Source of the DNA: Microbacteriaceae bacterium
Lineage (GTDB): Bacteria > Actinomycetota > Actinomycetes > Actinomycetales > Microbacteriaceae
Length of the DNA stretch: 55,878 bases
Reading direction: 5' to 3'
Assembly (NCBI GenBank): GCA_947454285.1
Contig: CANGJO010000001.1
Span: 1 to 55,878, forward strand
Numbering within the stretch: the stretch's first letter is position 1; each line of letters starts with the position of its first letter. Shown here piece after piece: positions 43,472-54,202 of the stretch. The notes under the pieces were generated by a model that was not told the DNA's origin, did not search any database, and saw nothing but the letters and a program-made list of their open reading frames with translations. The position numbers and the translations under genes are program-made.

Positions 43472-46099
43472 GTGAATACTGCCCAAACCAGCTTCTCAAG
43501 CCACATCTTGGCCCCTGCCAACGCACCTGAGAAGGTGTCTGTCGAGGGCCTTGAAGAAAAGTGGGGCTTGGTCTGGGAGAACGACGGCGTTTACCGCTTC
43601 CGCCGCGAGGCAAACCGCGAGAACATCTACTCAATCGACACCCCGCCGCCAACCGCATCTGGTTCACTGCACGTAGGTCACGTCTTTAGCTATACCCACA
43701 CCGATGTTGTTGCGCGTTTCAAGCGCATGAGTGGCTACGAGGTTTACTACCCGATGGGTTGGGATGACAACGGTCTTCCTACCGAGCGTCGCGTGCAGAA
43801 CTACTACGGCGTTCGCTGCGATCCGACTCTCCCTTACGTTGAGGGCTTCAAGCCTCCGTTTGAAGGTGGCGACAACAAGTCTTCGAAGGCCGCCGATCAG
43901 GTGCCAATCTCGCGCCGCAACTTTATTGAACTTTGCGACAAGCTAACCGTTGAAGACGAAAAGCAGTTCGAAAATCTTTGGCGCAAGCTTGGACTATCGG
44001 TGGACTGGACTCAGACCTACCAAACCATTTCTCCTGCTGCGATTGCGGTTTCGCAGAAAGCATTCCTGAACAACTTGTCACGCGGCGAGGCTTACCAGTC
44101 AATGGCGCCAACCCTTTGGGACGTCACCTTCCGCACCGCGGTTGCACAGGCAGAGCTTGAAGATCGCGAACAGCCTGGCGCGTACCACAAGGTTGGTTTC
44201 GACGGCCCGGATGGCAAGGTGTTTATCGAGACCACTCGCCCAGAACTTTTGCCTGCCTGTGTTGCATTGGTGGCCAACCCGGATGACGATCGCTACAAGC
44301 ACTTGTTTGGCAAGACAGTTAAGACTCCGCTGTTTGAAGTTGAGGTTCCGGTTGTTGCACACCGCCTTGCTCAGATTGACAAGGGTTCTGGCATCGCGAT
44401 GATTTGTACCTTTGGTGACGTGACAGACATCATTTGGTGGCGCGAACTTGATCTTCCTAACCGCGCAATCATTGGCTGGGACGGCCGCATCATTGACGAA
44501 ATGCCAGATGCAATTGTGTCTGCACGCGGAAAAGAAATTTACGCCGAGCTAGTTGGCAAGACCATCTTCTCTGCCAAGCAGCGCATTGTTGAACTGCTGC
44601 AAGAATCTGGCGACATGATTGGCGAGCCAAAGCCAATCACCCACGACGTGAAGTTCTTCGAAAAGGGTGACAAGCCACTTGAGATCGTTTCTACTCGTCA
44701 GTGGTACATCCGCAACGGTGGCCGCGATGCAGACCTGCGCGATCGATTGATTGCGCTTGGCAAGGACTTGAACTTCGTTCCAGACTTCATGCGCGTTCGT
44801 TTTGAAAACTGGGTTAACGGACTTACCGGTGACTGGCTGATCTCTCGTCAGCGATTCTTTGGTGTGCCAATTCCGGTTTGGTACGCACTCGATGCCAACG
44901 GTGAGGCAAATTACGATGCTCCCCTTGTTCCAGCAATCGAATCTCTTCCGGTTGACCCATCTTCTGATGTTCCGGCCGGTTACACAGAGTCACAGCGCGG
45001 TGTTGCTGGTGGATTCATCGGTGAGATGGACATCATGGACACCTGGGCTACATCTTCGCTTACCCCACAGCTTGCCGGTGGCTGGATCGAAGACCCAGAG
45101 AAGTTTGCCAAGGTCTTCCCTTACGATCTTCGCCCGCAGGGTCAAGACATCATTCGCACCTGGTTGTTCTCTTCGCTGCTTCGTGGTGAACAGGAACATG
45201 GCCAGCTGCCTTGGAAGAACGCTGCGATCTCTGGTTGGATTCTTGACCCTGACCGCAAGAAGATGTCTAAGTCAAAGGGCAACGTAGTTGTTCCTGCCGA
45301 ACCGATTGATAACCACGGTGCCGATGCGGTTCGCTACTGGGCTGCCTCTGCTCGTTTGGGCACCGATGCCGCCTTCGATGAAGGTCAGATGAAGGTTGGG
45401 CGCCGTCTGGCGATCAAGCTTTTGAACGCTGCAAAGTTTGCGCTTTCATTCGAAGTTCCTGCCGGTGCCACTGAAGTTACCGAGCCGCTGGACCAGGCAA
45501 TGCTGTTGGCGCTTGCCGATGTGGTTCGCGAAGCAACCGTTGCGTTCGATGCCTACGACCACACCAAGGCACTTGAGCTAAGCGAGAAGTTCTTCTGGAC
45601 CTTCACCGACGACTATCTAGAACTAGTCAAGGAACGCGCCTACAACGCAGAGGGAACAGTTTCTGCAGCGCAGCAGGCATCGGCAACAATTGCACTTCGC
45701 AAGGCACTGCACGTGATGCTTCGTTTGTTTGCACCGTTCTTACCATTCGCTACCGAGGAAGTTTGGGGCTGGTGGCAAAAAGATGCCGGTTCAATTCACC
45801 GCGCATCATGGCCTGTTGCCGAAGAACTAACTGCGGGAATTGATGCCGGCAACGTTGGTCTGTTGGAACTTGCATCGATTGCGGTTGGTGGCGTTCGCAA
45901 GGCTAAGTCCGATGCCAAAGCTTCGATGAAGGCTGCAGTTGATTCAGCAACCATTGAGGCACCGGCTGCGGTACTTACCAGTTTGCGATTGCTAGAAGCA
46001 GATTTGAAATCAGTTGGCAAGATTCTGAGCCTGGCTTACGCCGAGGGTGAAGAAGTTGCGATGACTCAGATTATTTTGGCTGAAGTAAGCGAAGCTTAA
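43472..46099 (+). CDS. valS: Valine--tRNA ligase (type 2/archaeal-like, no C-terminal coiled coil)
   Basis: [37 protein letters not shown] at 43472 follows TGGAG. Confidence 0.96.
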   Translation: MNTAQTSFSSHILAPANAPEKVSVEGLEEKWGLVWENDGVYRFRREANRENIYSIDTPPPTASGSLHVGHVFSYTHTDVVARFKRMSGYEVYYPMGWDDNGLPTERRVQNYYGVRCDPTLPYVEGFKPPFEGGDNKSSKAADQVPISRRNFIELCDKLTVEDEKQFENLWRKLGLSVDWTQTYQTISPAAIAVSQKAFLNNLSRGEAYQSMAPTLWDVTFRTAVAQAELEDREQPGAYHKVGFDGPDGKVFIETTRPELLPACVALVANPDDDRYKHLFGKTVKTPLFEVEVPVVAHRLAQIDKGSGIAMICTFGDVTDIIWWRELDLPNRAIIGWDGRIIDEMPDAIVSARGKEIYAELVGKTIFSAKQRIVELLQESGDMIGEPKPITHDVKFFEKGDKPLEIVSTRQWYIRNGGRDADLRDRLIALGKDLNFVPDFMRVRFENWVNGLTGDWLISRQRFFGVPIPVWYALDANGEANYDAPLVPAIESLPVDPSSDVPAGYTESQRGVAGGFIGEMDIMDTWATSSLTPQLAGGWIEDPEKFAKVFPYDLRPQGQDIIRTWLFSSLLRGEQEHGQLPWKNAAISGWILDPDRKKMSKSKGNVVVPAEPIDNHGADAVRYWAASARLGTDAAFDEGQMKVGRRLAIKLLNAAKFALSFEVPAGATEVTEPLDQAMLLALADVVREATVAFDAYDHTKALELSEKFFWTFTDDYLELVKERAYNAEGTVSAAQQASATIALRKALHVMLRLFAPFLPFATEEVWGWWQKDAGSIHRASWPVAEELTAGIDAGNVGLLELASIAVGGVRKAKSDAKASMKAAVDSATIEAPAAVLTSLRLLEADLKSVGKILSLAYAEGEEVAMTQIILAEVSEA

Positions 46100-47268
46100 G
46101 CACGCTTTAGGTTTAGCCAAGCCCAAACCAGCAAGCCGGCAATCAGAGCCCAGAATGCTGAGCCAATATCCAAAACGGAAATTCCGGATGCACCTACCAA
46201 AAAGGTAATCATTGCCGGAAGTCGCAACGAAGTATCTTCCATCGCAGAACTGAGTGCACTCACAATCGTGCCAATCAGAGCAATTCCGGCAGCAGCAAGA
46301 ATTAGATCTCGTGGTGCCTGCAAAACGAAAACTGCTGCTGCTGCAGCCAGGGCAGCAATTACGAAATAAACGTAGCCGCCCCAAACCGATGCGAGCCAGC
46401 GACGGGCTGGATTTTTATGAGCGTGTTCATTGGCGTTTAGCGCTGCAGTGATAGCTGCAAGATTGAGTGGGATTCCGCCAAAAAAATTGTTCACCAAGGT
46501 GCCCAGACCGGTACTGATCATCACTTGCTTAAAGGGAACCTCGTAGCCAAAACTTTTCATTATGGCGATGCCAGGAATATTTTGCGAGGCCATCGTGACC
46601 AAATAAAGCGGAATACCGATACCCAAGATTGCTGCCAAATCAAAAGTAGGTACCACAATTTCAAGAGTCGGGGCTAACTGGTCAACGGGGATGCTGATTC
46701 CCAGATTTATTGCGGTCAAGCTGAAGACAATCAACATGGCTGCCGGGGTAGCCCAAACTGTGGCTAATTTATAAAGCACAAGCCAGACCAAAAGCGCTGG
46801 CAACACAATAATCGGAAATGTTGACACTGTCTTGAATGACGCAACACAAAAGTTGAAAATTACCCCCGCTAACATCGCAGAGGCAATGGGCTTTGGAATC
46901 GAAGAAACCAACCGCCCAAGGGTTGGCCAAAGCCCGGTGAGCAAAAGCAAAAGGCCCGAAACCATAAAGGCACCTACTGCGGTTGAGAATGGAAATCCCA
47001 GTGCGCCTGAAGAAATAAGTAAAGCGGCGCCAGGGGTGCTCCAGACAACGCTAATTGGCATTTTGAATCTGTGACTAAGGACAATCGAAAGTAAACCAAA
47101 AAGCAAGGTACTTGCCACCACCGCCGAGGTGGTTTGCGATTTAGTTGCCCCAAGCCCTGTAAAGGCAGATAGAGCGATTCCAAGTGAAGCGGCGGTTCCA
47201 GTAATTGATGCAACGGCTCCGGCAAGCAGCGGAGCGCGGTGATCAGCAAAGCTGCCGATTTTAGACAT
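46096..47268 (-). CDS. benE: BenE-family benzoate/H+ symporter-like transporter
   Basis: WSTPGAALL, LYLVTMASQNIPG, NLAAITAAL, GSAFW. Confidence 0.88.
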   Translation of the reverse strand: MSKIGSFADHRAPLLAGAVASITGTAASLGIALSAFTGLGATKSQTTSAVVASTLLFGLLSIVLSHRFKMPISVVWSTPGAALLISSGALGFPFSTAVGAFMVSGLLLLLTGLWPTLGRLVSSIPKPIASAMLAGVIFNFCVASFKTVSTFPIIVLPALLVWLVLYKLATVWATPAAMLIVFSLTAINLGISIPVDQLAPTLEIVVPTFDLAAILGIGIPLYLVTMASQNIPGIAIMKSFGYEVPFKQVMISTGLGTLVNNFFGGIPLNLAAITAALNANEHAHKNPARRWLASVWGGYVYFVIAALAAAAAVFVLQAPRDLILAAAGIALIGTIVSALSSAMEDTSLRLPAMITFLVGASGISVLDIGSAFWALIAGLLVWAWLNLKRA

Positions 47269-47273
47269 TTAAA

Positions 47274-48548
47274 TTAGGCAGACTTTTCTTGACGAACGTT
47301 TTTGAACGGAACGGTCTGCGGCTCTGCGCCATCAAGCACAACGGCCTTGGTGATCTTTACGATTCCTTGAACTTCGCTGCCAGGAATATCGAACATCACC
47401 GGTCCAAGAATTTCTTCCATGATTGCGCGAAGGCCACGAGCACCGGTTTCGCGTTCGATGGCCTTGTCGGCAATTGCCTCAAGTGCAGCCTTATCGAATT
47501 CAAGTTCAAAACCATCAAGCTCAAACATTCGCTGGTACTGCTTGACCAGTGCGTTCTTTGGCTCGGTAAGAATCTGCATCAACGCAGGTCGATCCAGTGG
47601 AGTCACAGTCGCGATTACTGGAAGGCGGCCGATGAACTCTGGAATCAAACCAAACTTGCGAAGGTCTTCCGGTTGAACCTCAGTGAAGATCTCGATGTCG
47701 TCGTTCTTGCCAGAAATCGGAGCACCAAAACCAATGCCTTTCTTACCTGCACGCTGAGAAATGATTTCCTCAAGTCCGGCGAATGCACCCGCAACGATAA
47801 ACAAGACGTTCGTTGTGTCTAGCTGAATGAATTCCTGCTGTGGGTGCTTGCGGCCACCCTGCGGCGGAACTGAAGCCACTGTGCCTTCAAGAATCTTTAG
47901 CAGTGCCTGCTGCACTCCCTCGCCAGATACATCGCGAGTGATTGAAGGGTTCTCTGCCTTGCGTGAAATCTTGTCAATCTCATCGATGTAAATAATTCCA
48001 GTTTCGGCGCGCTTCACATCAAAGTCGGCAGCCTGAAGCAGCTTCAACAAAATGTTTTCAACGTCTTCGCCAACGTAACCCGCCTCGGTCAGTGCTGTGG
48101 CATCGGCTACTGCAAAAGGAACGTTCAGGCGCTTTGCCAGAGTTTGTGCCAAGTAAGTTTTTCCGCAACCGGTTGGACCAATCATCAAGATGTTTGACTT
48201 AGCGATCTCGATTGAATCGTGATCCTTGCCAGCGGCAGTCAAGGTTCCACGTGAACGAAGACGCTTGTAGTGGTTGTAGACGGCAACTGATAGAGCCTTC
48301 TTGGCCTGGTCTTGGCCAATTACGTATTCATCAAGGAAACCCTTGATTTCGCGAGGCTTTGGAAGGTCAATGTCTTCAACGGTCTTGGCTACTTCGCCAA
48401 GTTCCTCTTCGATGATCTCGTTGCAGAGCTCGATGCACTCGTCACAGATGTAAACGCCTGGCCCGGCAATTAGCTTGCGAACCTGCTTCTGGCTCTTTCC
48501 ACAGAAAGAACACTTAAGTAGGTCACCCGATTCGCCAAGCTTAGTCAT
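47274..48548 (-). CDS. clpX: ATP-dependent Clp protease ATP-binding subunit
   Basis: C4 Zn finger, [11 protein letters not shown] loop, [10 protein letters not shown]. Confidence 0.98.
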   Translation of the reverse strand: MTKLGESGDLLKCSFCGKSQKQVRKLIAGPGVYICDECIELCNEIIEEELGEVAKTVEDIDLPKPREIKGFLDEYVIGQDQAKKALSVAVYNHYKRLRSRGTLTAAGKDHDSIEIAKSNILMIGPTGCGKTYLAQTLAKRLNVPFAVADATALTEAGYVGEDVENILLKLLQAADFDVKRAETGIIYIDEIDKISRKAENPSITRDVSGEGVQQALLKILEGTVASVPPQGGRKHPQQEFIQLDTTNVLFIVAGAFAGLEEIISQRAGKKGIGFGAPISGKNDDIEIFTEVQPEDLRKFGLIPEFIGRLPVIATVTPLDRPALMQILTEPKNALVKQYQRMFELDGFELEFDKAALEAIADKAIERETGARGLRAIMEEILGPVMFDIPGSEVQGIVKITKAVVLDGAEPQTVPFKNVRQEKSA

Positions 48549-48572
48549 GTAAAAACCTTATGCTCTGAATGC

Positions 48573-48606
48573 AAAAAAGCGGATGAGCCTCGCCCATCCG
48601 CTTTTT
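48573..48606 (-). terminator. Intrinsic terminator after clpP2
   Basis: AAAAAGCGGATG...CATCCGCTTTTT. Confidence 0.85.
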
Positions 48607-48625
48607 CAAGCCGTTTTGCTGCTAA

Positions 48626-49261
48626 TTACTGAGCGTTCTTTCGTGAGGTCAGAACCTGGTCGATTAGGCCATAGTCAAGAGCCTCTGGCGCGGTAAGAAT
48701 CTTGTCGCGATCGATGTCTTTGTTGACCTCGGCAATGCTGCGCTTGGTGTGCTTTGAAAGAGTCGCCTCAAGCCACTCGCGCAGACGCATGATCTCTTTT
48801 GCCTGAATCTCAATGTCTGATGCCTGGCCACGACCAGAATCACCTGATGAAGGCTGGTGAATCAGTACACGCGCATTTGGCAGAGCCAAACGCTTGCCCG
48901 GTGCACCGGCAGCCAACAGCACCGCAGCAGCCGAGGCTGCCTGACCCAAACAAACAGTCTGGATCTGCGGGCGGATGTACTGCATGGTGTCGTAGATCGC
49001 GGTCATTGCGGTGAATGAACCACCCGGTGAGTTGATGTACATGGTGATGTCGCGGTCTGGATCCTGAGACTCAAGCACCAATAGCTGGGCCATGATGTCG
49101 TCGGCAGATGCGTCGTCAACCTGCACGCCAAGAAACACAATGCGGTCTTCGAAAAGCTTGTTATATGGGTCTTGACGCTTGAAACCGTAAGAGGTGCGCT
49201 CTTCAAAAGTAGGAAGAATGTATCGGGCTTCTGGACTTTGGAAAACGTTTGGATTAGTCAT
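48626..49261 (-). CDS. clpP2: Clp protease proteolytic subunit 2
   Basis: [19 protein letters not shown]. Confidence 0.94.
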   Translation of the reverse strand: MTNPNVFQSPEARYILPTFEERTSYGFKRQDPYNKLFEDRIVFLGVQVDDASADDIMAQLLVLESQDPDRDITMYINSPGGSFTAMTAIYDTMQYIRPQIQTVCLGQAASAAAVLLAAGAPGKRLALPNARVLIHQPSSGDSGRGQASDIEIQAKEIMRLREWLEATLSKHTKRSIAEVNKDIDRDKILTAPEALDYGLIDQVLTSRKNAQ

Positions 49262-49272
49262 GCGAGTCTCCC

Positions 49273-49854
49273 TTAGTTGCTTCCAACGCCGGTGGCGCTT
49301 GCTGCGTACTTCTGAATGTGATCAATAAAACCGTACTCAAGAGCTTCTTCGGCGCTGAACCAGCGGTCGCGGTCACCATCGGCCATGATCTGGTCAAGGG
49401 TCTTGCCGGTCTGCTCTGCAGTGATCGATGCAAGCTGACGCTTCATCGACATGATTAGCTCTGCCTGAGTTTGAATGTCTGACGCGGTGCCACCAAAACC
49501 ACCGTGCGGCTGGTGCAGTAGCACGCGAGTGTTTGGGGTTGCGTAGCGCTTGCCCTTGGTGCCCGATGACAGCAAGAACTGCCCCATCGATGCGCACATA
49601 CCAATACCAACGGTCACGATGTCGTTAGGCACGTACTGCATGGTGTCGTAAATCGCCATACCCGCAGTGATTGAACCACCAGGTGAGTTGATGTAGAGGT
49701 AAATGTCTTTTTGTGAGTCTTCAGCGGCCAATAGCAAAATCTTTGCGCAGATTTCGTTTGCCATGTCGTCTCTGACTTCGGTGCCAAGCCAGATGATTCG
49801 ATCCTTTAGCAGGCGGTCGAATGTGCTGCTTTGTCCCTTTGGTTGGTCAGCCAT
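49273..49854 (-). CDS. clpP1: Clp protease proteolytic subunit 1
   Basis: [26 protein letters not shown]. Confidence 0.94.
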   Translation of the reverse strand: MADQPKGQSSTFDRLLKDRIIWLGTEVRDDMANEICAKILLLAAEDSQKDIYLYINSPGGSITAGMAIYDTMQYVPNDIVTVGIGMCASMGQFLLSSGTKGKRYATPNTRVLLHQPHGGFGGTASDIQTQAELIMSMKRQLASITAEQTGKTLDQIMADGDRDRWFSAEEALEYGFIDHIQKYAASATGVGSN

Positions 49855-49921
49855 TGAAGTACTCCTAGTTCTTGAGGTTGCCTGTCAAAGATAACCGCAA
49901 AAACCGCTTAAACCTTGGCGT

Positions 49922-49937
49922 GTTCGCCCGTGGCTAA
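49922..49937. promoter_or_regulatory. Putative ClgR operator upstream of clpP1P2
   Basis: GTTCGC-CCGTG-GCTAA resembles the actinobacterial ClgR motif GTTCGC-N5-GCG. Confidence 0.55.
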
Positions 49938-49940
49938 AGC

Positions 49941-49970
49941 GAAAACCCCGCCTCTAGAGACGGGGTTTTC
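49941..49970 (-). terminator. Terminator after tig
   Basis: GAAAACCCCG...CGGGGTTTTC. Confidence 0.85.
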
Positions 49971-49983
49971 AAATTTGTGGAGA

Positions 49984-51300
49984 TTAGTCGTGGTCGTGAC
50001 CTTCGTGGTCATCAACTGCACCAGCATCAAGCTTGGTGAATTCGCTTAGATCAACCTTGTTTCCCTTTGAATCGGTAACTTCAGCTGCATCAACAACAAA
50101 CGCAAGTGCCTTGCGACGTGAAACCTCTGCAACGAACATTGGCACCTGGCCCTGCTCACTAACAGTCTTGATGAAATCGTTTGGTGACATACCGTACTGC
50201 TGAGATGCCTGAACCAGGTACTGAATTAGTTCCTGCTCATCAACCTTGATTTCTTCTTTTTCTGCAATTGCATCAAGCACCATCTGTACCTTGAATGACT
50301 TGGTGCTCTGCTCTAGAACTTCAGCTCGATGCTTGGCGTCTTCTAGACGGCCCTCGCCCTCAAGGTGACGGTGTACGTCTGCTTCAACAAGTTCGTCAGA
50401 AACTGGAACGTCAATTAGCTCAAGCAATTTATCGGTGGCAAGATCGCGAGCCTGGATTCCCTGGCCGTAAGACTTTGAACGCTCAATCTGCTTTTCTAGA
50501 TCTGCCTTCAATTCCTTTAGGGTGTCGAACTCAGATGCCAACTGTGCAAACTTGTCATCAGCTGCAGGAAGTTCGCGCTCCTTCACGGCGGTCAACTTCA
50601 AAGAAATCTCTGCCTCTTGACCAGCCTTGTCGCCGCCAACCAGCTTTGACTTGAATGTAGTCTCTTCGCCAGCGGTAAGGGTGTCTAGCGCTTCGTCGAT
50701 TCCGTCAAGCAAGTTGCCTGAACCAATCTCATACGAAATGTTTTCTGCAGAGTCAATGGTCTTGCCATCAACAACAGCCTTCAAATCAATAGTGGTGAAG
50801 TCACCCTTCTTAGCAGGGCGCTCAACGGTCTTTAGGCTGCCGAAACGAGCACGCAGTGCATCAAGCTCTGCCTCAAGTTCCTTGGCCTCAACCTTTACGT
50901 CGTCAACCTTTACCTTTAGGCCCTTGTACTCCTTAAGGTTTAGTTCTGGACGAACCTCAACTTCGATCTCAACGATCAAGTTACCTTCGAAAGTCTTCTC
51001 GTCTGGGCTCTGCTTGATGTCAGCAGCTGGCTGACCAAGTGGACGAAGTTTTGATTCCTCAAGCGCCTGACGGTAAACGGTGTCTAGACCATCGTTAATT
51101 GCGTGAGCAAGAATTGCCGGACGACCAACGCGCTGATCAAGAATTGCTGCAGGAATTTTTCCCTTGCGGAAACCAGGAATGTTTACGGTTTCGGCAATGT
51201 GCTCGTATGCGTGATCAATGCTTGGGCGAAACTCTTCAGGAGTCACCTCAATGGTTAGCTTTGCGCGAGTTGGCTTAATGCGATCAACAGCAGTTTTCAA
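49984..51300 (-). CDS. tig: Trigger factor
   Basis: IPGFRKGK signature and FKBP domain. TTG at 51300 follows GAGGAAG; the longer ORF call runs through tRNA-Pro. Confidence 0.95.
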   Translation of the reverse strand: MKTAVDRIKPTRAKLTIEVTPEEFRPSIDHAYEHIAETVNIPGFRKGKIPAAILDQRVGRPAILAHAINDGLDTVYRQALEESKLRPLGQPAADIKQSPDEKTFEGNLIVEIEVEVRPELNLKEYKGLKVKVDDVKVEAKELEAELDALRARFGSLKTVERPAKKGDFTTIDLKAVVDGKTIDSAENISYEIGSGNLLDGIDEALDTLTAGEETTFKSKLVGGDKAGQEAEISLKLTAVKERELPAADDKFAQLASEFDTLKELKADLEKQIERSKSYGQGIQARDLATDKLLELIDVPVSDELVEADVHRHLEGEGRLEDAKHRAEVLEQSTKSFKVQMVLDAIAEKEEIKVDEQELIQYLVQASQQYGMSPNDFIKTVSEQGQVPMFVAEVSRRKALAFVVDAAEVTDSKGNKVDLSEFTKLDAGAVDDHEGHDHD

Positions 51301-51364
51301 GGGCTCTTCCTCTGAAAAGGGCCCGCCTCCACAAGGAAGACGAGCCAGTTTTATTTCATAAATT

Positions 51365-51440
51365 TGGTCGGGGTGACAGGACTCGAACCTGCGATATCCT
51401 GCTCCCAAAGCAGGCGCGCTAGCCACTACGCTACACCCCG
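51365..51440 (-). tRNA. tRNA-Pro(TGG)
   Basis: CGGGGTG acceptor stem, anticodon arm CCTGC-TTTGGGA-GCAGG, GGTTCGAGT, encoded CCA. Confidence 0.97.
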
Positions 51441-51521
51441 GTTGTTTGAACAACCTTAGTGAGTCTATCCCATAGAATGGAGTGGTTGCGTCGGTTTTTG
51501 CGAAAAAACAGTCCAATACCC

Positions 51522-51595
51522 GCGGGCGTAGCTCAATGGTAGAGTCTCAGTCTTCCAAACTGATTGTGCGGGTTCGATTCCCGTCGCCCGCTCCA
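51522..51595 (+). tRNA. tRNA-Gly(TCC)
   Basis: GCGGGCG acceptor stem, anticodon arm TCAGT-CTTCCAA-ACTGA, GGTTCGATT, encoded CCA. Confidence 0.97.
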
Positions 51596-51626
51596 AAAGA
51601 AGACCTTTTATTAGGTCTTCTTTTTA
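51595..51626. terminator. Terminator after tRNA-Gly, possibly shared with nei
   Basis: AAAAGAAGACCT...AGGTCTTCTTTT. Confidence 0.8.
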
Positions 51627-51658
51627 TTTAATCTGAACACCGATAGCGCTGCCCGGCT

Positions 51659-52456
51659 TTACGCCTGACAGCTCACGCACCAGTAAAGCTTGCGAGCAGC
51701 CATTATTTCCAAGCTGATGTTGGTCCCGCAGTTTCGGCAAGGCAATCCTTCGCGCTTATAAACGAAGTTGCGGTCCTCTTTACTTGGCCCTTTAGTAAAT
51801 AGTTCATCGCGTGTGATCATGAAGCCGGTTTTTACGCCTACGCGCAAAAGTTTCACTGAGTCATTCCACAGTTGAGTAAGTTGCTCAACGCTCAAGGCGC
51901 TGCCGGCAGTGTGCGGGCTGATTCCCGCTCTGAACAGAATTTCCGCTCTGTAGACATTGCCAATTCCACTGATTACGTCCTGGTTCATCAAGGCCAGGCC
52001 TATCGGTGTTTTGCTTTTTGAGACGCGCTGAATAAAACGCTCAAGTTCCTTGCCACGAGGGTTGGGATTTAGCGGGTCTGGTCCTAGGCGTTGCTCCACG
52101 GCCGCGACCTCGTGGCGATTAATGACCTCGCACACCGTTGGCCCGCGAAGATCCGCCAAGGCATGTGGGTTGCTGAATCTGGCCCGAACCTGACCGGTTG
52201 CCTCAGGTAGTTCACCACTGTGCGATGTGAATGACCATTTGCCGTAAATGCCAAGGTGGATTCGCAAAGTTAGGTCGTTGTTGAACTCTAGGAACATCTG
52301 CTTGCCAATTGCGCGAGCGTTGACCAGGGTTTGACCAGACACCGATTTTGCGCCCGCGGCGAATCTACCCTGCGGAGATTCGACCGTTATTGGTTCGCCA
52401 GCAAAGAGTTCATTGAACTGAGTTGCCGTTCGATGAACGGTATGTCCTTCAGGCAT
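51659..52456 (-). CDS. nei: Fpg/Nei family DNA glycosylase
   Basis: N-terminal PEGH, IHLGIYG, LGPDPL, GIGNVYRAE, C4 Zn finger. Confidence 0.92.
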   Translation of the reverse strand: MPEGHTVHRTATQFNELFAGEPITVESPQGRFAAGAKSVSGQTLVNARAIGKQMFLEFNNDLTLRIHLGIYGKWSFTSHSGELPEATGQVRARFSNPHALADLRGPTVCEVINRHEVAAVEQRLGPDPLNPNPRGKELERFIQRVSKSKTPIGLALMNQDVISGIGNVYRAEILFRAGISPHTAGSALSVEQLTQLWNDSVKLLRVGVKTGFMITRDELFTKGPSKEDRNFVYKREGLPCRNCGTNISLEIMAARKLYWCVSCQA

Positions 52457-52459
52457 TTA

Positions 52460-52930
52460 TTAAAGGATGTCGCCAGTCTGCTCGTAGGTTGCGATTTTGC
52501 CGATGCGACGCACGTGGCGTTCATCGTTGCTGAATGGCTCAGATACAAAAAGTTCGATTAGGTGAAGAACTTCGTCTTGGCTGTGCTGACGGGCACCCAC
52601 CGCGATCACGTTGGCATCGTTGTGTTCGCGAGCCAATTTTGCAGTGGATTCGTTCCACGCAAGGGCTGCACGAATTCCCTTTACCTTGTTAGCGGCAATC
52701 TGCTCTCCGTTTCCAGAGCCACCAAGAACTATTCCAAGCGCCTGAACGCCAGCCTGCTCATCGGCAACCACAGCGAGTGCTGCGTTGATGCAGAAGCTTG
52801 GATAATCATCAAGCGGATCGTATGAAGTTGGTCCGTGATCAAAAACCTCGTGACCCTGCTTTGTTAATTCACGAATTAGAAAGTGACTTAGTTCTAGACC
52901 CGCGTGATCGGTGGCAATGTGAATTCGCAT
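52460..52930 (-). CDS. rpiB: Ribose-5-phosphate isomerase B (actinobacterial Glu type)
   Basis: TDHAG, GGSGNGEQIAANK, AREHNDAN, RHVRRI. Confidence 0.95.
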   Translation of the reverse strand: MRIHIATDHAGLELSHFLIRELTKQGHEVFDHGPTSYDPLDDYPSFCINAALAVVADEQAGVQALGIVLGGSGNGEQIAANKVKGIRAALAWNESTAKLAREHNDANVIAVGARQHSQDEVLHLIELFVSEPFSNDERHVRRIGKIATYEQTGDIL

Positions 52931-52939
52931 GGCTTTAGT

Positions 52940-54133
52940 TTAAGCCTTGGACTTTGCTCGCGCACGTTCAAAGCTGCTACGTACCGTCCTAAGCACAATC
53001 GATGCCGCTAGCGAAGTGAGTAGTACATAGGTAATAGTCAGCGCCTGAAGTTGAGCACCAAAGCTAGTTGAGGCCGCAAGCCCGGCAATCACAATTGAGA
53101 ATTCACCGCGGGGAATAAGGAACGCGCCGGCGCGCTTCCACGCCGAACCGTCAGACATATCTTTAGCAATATTCCAGCCCACATACATTTTTCCAACGAT
53201 GCCTAGCGCAGCCAGTAACAGCGCCAACGGCAAAACCTGAATCATCTCGGCCGGCGAAACGCTTAGACCAAAGAAAAGGAAGAAGATCGCGGCAAATAAA
53301 TCGCGAAGCGGTGACAACCTAATACGAACAGCCAAGGCAACCTCACCGGTCAGTACCAAACCAACTAAGAAGGCCGCTACCGCAGAAGAAAAACCAACAA
53401 GCTCGGCAGAACCAGCGGCTAATAGAGCGGCACCAAAAACAGTGAGCAAAAGCCCACCCTGTGCCTGGGTATTCAAAACTTTTCCAAGGGCGTTTTCACC
53501 CTTGAAGGAAATGATTAGCGCAGCCGCGGTGACCAAGAGCGCGACGGTGACTGAGAGGAATCCAGCGATTGCACCGGCACCGGCAACAAGCGTGGTTAAA
53601 AGCGGCAGGTATGGTGCCAGGGTCAAATCCTCAACAACCAGCACGGTGGTTACTCGTCTAGAAACCTCGGAACGCTGCCACCCAGTTTCCTTCATCATCT
53701 GCGAGGCGATACCTGAAGAACTCACGTAGGTCATGCCTCCAAGAACTACGGCACCAAGTAGTCCCCAGCCCAGCAAAAGGCCAATCACTGCTCCGGGAAT
53801 TGCGTTCAAGAAAAAGTCAATTGCACCGATGGATTTGCGCTCCATGAATGCCGAAGCAAGGTTGGGTCCGGAGTGTTCCAGCCCAAGCATCAGCAGCAGC
53901 AGAATTGCCCCAAGCTGGGCGCCGGTATCAAGAAAGGTTTCGCTCAGATCAAGCGGAACGATTCCGCCCTTACCAAGAGCAAGTCCAATGGCGAGATAAA
54001 AAGGAACAACGGAGATCTTTATGCGCACCGCAATAAAGGCCGCGATGCCAAGGCCCAGTAAAACCAAACCAATTTCGGCCAGCGCCATGTTTTCAACCCA
54101 GGTTGAGTTTGTTGATTGAAATAACGGCCCCAT
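52940..54133 (-). CDS. Cation:proton antiporter (CPA2, KhtU-like)
   Basis: LGLE, VSSSGI, LVVEDL, LRDLFAAIFF, PRGEFSIVIA. Start is 54133 (GATAAT plus 6 nt) or 54088. Confidence 0.9.
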   Translation of the reverse strand: MGPLFQSTNSTWVENMALAEIGLVLLGLGIAAFIAVRIKISVVPFYLAIGLALGKGGIVPLDLSETFLDTGAQLGAILLLLMLGLEHSGPNLASAFMERKSIGAIDFFLNAIPGAVIGLLLGWGLLGAVVLGGMTYVSSSGIASQMMKETGWQRSEVSRRVTTVLVVEDLTLAPYLPLLTTLVAGAGAIAGFLSVTVALLVTAAALIISFKGENALGKVLNTQAQGGLLLTVFGAALLAAGSAELVGFSSAVAAFLVGLVLTGEVALAVRIRLSPLRDLFAAIFFLFFGLSVSPAEMIQVLPLALLLAALGIVGKMYVGWNIAKDMSDGSAWKRAGAFLIPRGEFSIVIAGLAASTSFGAQLQALTITYVLLTSLAASIVLRTVRSSFERARAKSKA

Positions 54134-54202
54134 GAGTCGATTATCCCCCAGAAAACAAGCGATTAGGCTAGCCGTAACAAACCCTTCATAAACGGAGTAT
54201 TC

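Noticed and set aside
46096-46099. valS and benE stop codons overlap (TTAA) with no terminator
   Set aside because: Common in compact genomes, with no further signal
51301-51516. N-terminal extension of tig
   Set aside because: It reads through tRNA-Pro; the real start is TTG 51300 with an RBS
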